Translations under genes and position numbers: made by a program
Shown here: in pieces, positions 61,644 to 64,000 of the stretch
How positions within the stretch are numbered: the first letter of the stretch is position 1
How the letters are laid out: the number at the start of each line of letters is the position of its first letter
The notes under the pieces: model-generated
Told to the model about the DNA's origin: nothing
The model's database searches: none
What the model saw: the letters and a program-made list of their open reading frames with translations, nothing else
Origin: an uncultured euryarchaeote
Lineage (GTDB): Archaea > Thermoplasmatota > Poseidoniia > Poseidoniales > Poseidoniaceae
Direction of reading: 5' to 3'
Assembly (NCBI GenBank): GCA_937892945.1
Contig: CALBIL010000073.1
Location: 1,470-65,469, forward strand
Length of the DNA stretch: 64,000 nt

Positions 61644-61893
61644 AAGTAACACGATATGTTACCACCGACGAATGATAAGGCTTTGCAACAGTGTACTACA
61701 CTGGTTCTTGTGTTCGAAATCTGAAAGACCCGTTGCTTCCAAATTCTGTATCCGTTGAGTATTCAGAGATGAAGGCTAGACATCAAGTGCGTTTTATCAT
61801 TACATGAACGACCGTATGAATGAATCCGTGTTACTCAGTCAACCGGTCGAGTACGTGCTCACTCGAAATTGATGTGACGCGAAATCGTTACGA

Positions 61894-62142
61894 TTATTGC
61901 TTCTTGATGACAAGACCGTTACCGTCTTTGTATGATTCAGTAATGATCATAATGATGTCAACCAATGCCCAAATTGTACAGCCACCGAGGGTGATGAGCT
62001 TGAGGATTCCAGTCATTGTCTTGCCGGTATAAAAGTGATCGACACCTAAACCGCCGAGGAAAAATGCCAAAAGCAAAGTAGTCATCCAGTCTTTATCTGA
62101 GTTCATTGGCATTCCTTGTTGTTGCATTCCTTGTGGTTGCAT
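61894..62142 (-). CDS. TM2-domain membrane protein
   Basis: 82 aa. TTLLLAFFLGGLGVDHFYTGKTMTGILKLITLGGCTIWALVDIIMI matches the TM2 pattern (G.hrFY.G....GilkllT.GG.giW.l.D.i). Confidence 0.75.
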   Translation of the reverse strand: MQPQGMQQQGMPMNSDKDWMTTLLLAFFLGGLGVDHFYTGKTMTGILKLITLGGCTIWALVDIIMIITESYKDGNGLVIKKQ

Positions 62143-62217
62143 ATCTGCTGGTTATTCTATTACCATTTAATAATTGTGCAGGAAAAAAGACATTAACTGC
62201 GAAGTAAAGGTCAATTT

Positions 62218-62616
62218 ATGAAGTGGACGGGGGTGAATGCAGCATCAATTACTGCTGCAATCACTGGTGGTGCCTTAGTGGTTTCAGCAATCTTACCACA
62301 TGGAAGAGTCGACGGGTTGAAATTGTGCCCCTTGTATCATCTCACAGGCCACCTCTGCCCATTTTGTGGAATGACACGGGGTTTTGTTGCAATCACTCAT
62401 TTTGACATTTCAGCCGCCGTTGACTTTAATCCTGGAACTCCATTGATCTATGCCGCTTTTGTCTATATGCTGTGGGCATCTTTTCGAGCACTACAGCGTG
62501 GTGAAACTGAATTAAAGCCTGTGAGCAAAGGCTTGTATTACAGTTGGATTATTCCAACCATCTTCGTGTTTTCGTACATGTTCTACCAACGCGTCATTAC
62601 AATTTGGCTGTTGTGA
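62218..62616 (+). CDS. DUF2752-family membrane protein
   Basis: 132 aa. LCPLYHLTGHLCPFCGMTRGF matches the DUF2752 signature (CP....tG..CP.CG.tRa). Hydrophobic segments follow. Confidence 0.7.
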   Translation: MKWTGVNAASITAAITGGALVVSAILPHGRVDGLKLCPLYHLTGHLCPFCGMTRGFVAITHFDISAAVDFNPGTPLIYAAFVYMLWASFRALQRGETELKPVSKGLYYSWIIPTIFVFSYMFYQRVITIWLL

Positions 62617-62643
62617 GACAATCAGCAACCCAAGGTTTTTGTT

Positions 62644-63555
62644 TCAAATTTCAAACTGAATGCCCGTGACCTTCTCAGTCATCTCCCAGAGTCGGCGAGC
62701 AACGTCTTCATCTGCTGCACGATCTGTGATTTTGGCTTTACCAGTCCAGCCTCTTGCCTCAAGAGAACCCACAGGACCCCAATAGCGGTGTATGAGCGCA
62801 TCGGATTCCGTGGCTGCGTAAAGCGTCGGTGCTGCTCCTTTAACGGGCGCCATTCCGAACAGCGGATTCAGAACCCGCCATGCCATCGAGTGCCGTTGCA
62901 AATCAGTAGCAGAATAACCGGGATGACTGCCGAGCGATTCGATATGGGAACCTGCCGCTTTGAGGCGACGGTCAAGTTCGAGAGCAAACAGAAGGTTTGC
63001 CAATTTACTTTGACTGTACATCCCCCACTTGTCGTACTTTTTGTTCTCGCCGTTGATGTCTTCAAAATCAATTCGACCCGACCAGTGGGCGATGCTTGAC
63101 AGTGTGACTACCCGGGGCGCTTTTGCCGCAGAAAGAAGCGGCATGAGGTGCGAAGTGAGTGCAAAATGACCAAAATGGTTCGTACCAATCTGCAATTCAA
63201 ATCCATCTTTTGTAACGGACTTTGGTGGAATCATCACACCAGCATTGTTAATCAAAAGGTCAAGATGCTTGTGAGATTCTTTCATTCGGTTTGCAAAACC
63301 TTCGATGCTTCCAAGGTCTGCAAGATCAAGCAGTTGTACTGTGATGTTGGCACCAGGAGATGTCTTGAGCATCTTTGCCTTCGCCGATTCTGCTTTCTCT
63401 TCATTTCGACATGCAAGAATGACATCTGCACCTTTGTCTGCCAAAGTGAGTGCCATGTGATAACCGATTCCAGTGTTTGAACCGGTCACGACAACGAGTT
63501 TTCCATTCTGGTTTTGAGTGTGCTCAGCCTTCCATTTAATTCCGATTTTCTTCAT
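62644..63555 (-). CDS. short-chain dehydrogenase/reductase (classical SDR, retinol-dehydrogenase/WWOX-like)
   Basis: VVVTGSNTGIGYHMALTLADKGADVILACRN is the TGxxxGxG Rossmann motif. NNAG and YSQSKLAN (catalytic YxxxK) are also present. Confidence 0.9.
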   Translation of the reverse strand: MKKIGIKWKAEHTQNQNGKLVVVTGSNTGIGYHMALTLADKGADVILACRNEEKAESAKAKMLKTSPGANITVQLLDLADLGSIEGFANRMKESHKHLDLLINNAGVMIPPKSVTKDGFELQIGTNHFGHFALTSHLMPLLSAAKAPRVVTLSSIAHWSGRIDFEDINGENKKYDKWGMYSQSKLANLLFALELDRRLKAAGSHIESLGSHPGYSATDLQRHSMAWRVLNPLFGMAPVKGAAPTLYAATESDALIHRYWGPVGSLEARGWTGKAKITDRAADEDVARRLWEMTEKVTGIQFEI

Positions 63556-63702
63556 CTTAATCGTGCCCCAAGGTGTTCACGATGTTCGCAGACGGGTATG
63601 AGCCATAAACAAATGGTTGGCAAACCCTTGTGTTCACTCTGTCAACATTGCAGAACAAGTTTTTATTAAACGCAGATTGAACCAGAGATTAAGGCGAAGA
63701 AG

Positions 63703-64000
63703 TTGACATTTGATTCAGAGTACGAACCTTTCTTTCAACCACCTGGATGGGTTGTTGCACCAATATGGGCAATTCTTTACACCTGTATTGCCTTCAGTTT
63801 CAGTTCTGTGTTGAATCACCGAGATGAGTTGAAACATTCCAACATCATCATTGCTTTGTTTCTGGTTCAACTTGCACTGAATCTTGCTTGGCCTTCAGTT
63901 TTCAATTCTGAACGTTATCTCCTTTCATTGGTGATGATCGTCTTGATGATTGTCTTTACGCTCATCTACGCATTCCTCACCTATGCACAGATTCCCTTCG
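63703..64000 (+). CDS. TspO/MBR-like membrane protein (partial, runs off the window; possibly lacks TM1)
   Basis: Absent from the ORF track because it has no stop in the window. The frame from TTG at 63703 reads (L)TFDSEYEPFFQPPGWVVAPIWAILYTCIAFSF...IIALFLVQLALNLAWPSVFF-like (..NLAWPSVFNSE..). This matches the TspO core (Y..L.kP.w.PP.wvF.pvW..LY ... Q...N..W...FF). An in-frame TAA at 63667..63669 leaves no room for the usual first TM helix. Confidence 0.55.
   Translation, partial: MTFDSEYEPFFQPPGWVVAPIWAILYTCIAFSFSSVLNHRDELKHSNIIIALFLVQLALNLAWPSVFNSERYLLSLVMIVLMIVFTLIYAFLTYAQIPF

Noticed and set aside
61671-61728. Possible C/D-box sRNA (AATGATAA ... CTGA about 50 nt apart) in the 241-nt gap upstream of the NYN gene
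   Set aside because: The C box is imperfect and there are no internal C'/D' boxes or terminal stem. The AATGATAA element read on the minus strand (TTATCATT) is better explained as the TATA box of the NYN gene, about 26-32 nt from its start.
1-64000. CRISPR arrays, transposases, integrases, prophage or defence islands, rRNA operons
   Set aside because: None found. There are no spaced direct-repeat arrays and no DDE, tyrosine or serine recombinase motifs in any listed ORF. The flanks of both tRNAs carry ordinary housekeeping genes.

Overview
The window is densely coded, with about 62 protein genes and 2 tRNAs. I saw no rRNA, CRISPR array, transposase or integrase. The informational genes are archaeal: archaeosine tRNA-guanine transglycosylase, CTP-type riboflavin kinase, NadM-type NMN adenylyltransferase, a DRG GTPase, archaeal/eukaryotic-type PheS, and tRNAs preceded by TATA-like boxes. 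The metabolic and stress genes look bacterial: a full sufCBDSE-sufT operon, gcvT-PA-PB, grpE, a DEAD-box helicase and folD. A planktonic Thermoplasmatota archaeon such as Marine Group II is a plausible source, but that is an unverified guess. Most of the window is housekeeping: purine, one-carbon and glycine metabolism, Fe-S assembly, tRNA modification and cofactor metabolism. The best candidate for something undescribed is a translationally coupled three-gene cassette at 42178-46666. It combines a DUF835-type protein, a DnaA/Hda-like AAA+ protein with a degenerate Walker A, and a YkgJ Cys-cluster protein. A DnaA-family module is unexpected in an archaeon. Other loci worth a second look:
- a five-gene double ABC-2 transporter operon ending in an AttH/CrtC/tocopherol-cyclase-like protein (30649-36272)
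- an apparently circularly permuted glycerophosphodiester phosphodiesterase, divergent from a PAP2-like membrane protein (47944-50669)
- an SPFH/zinc-ribbon gene pair (11406-13168)
- an HTH-ThiN regulator plus SSS transporter operon (9011-11346)
- an unusually long ArcTGT with a non-canonical zinc site
- a NYN-domain protein
- a grpE operon without dnaK that carries a Lys/Ala-rich mini-protein

The ORF track counts GTG and TTG as starts, so I trimmed many 5' ends to the first plausible ATG. All family assignments come from motif recognition by eye and need profile searches to confirm.
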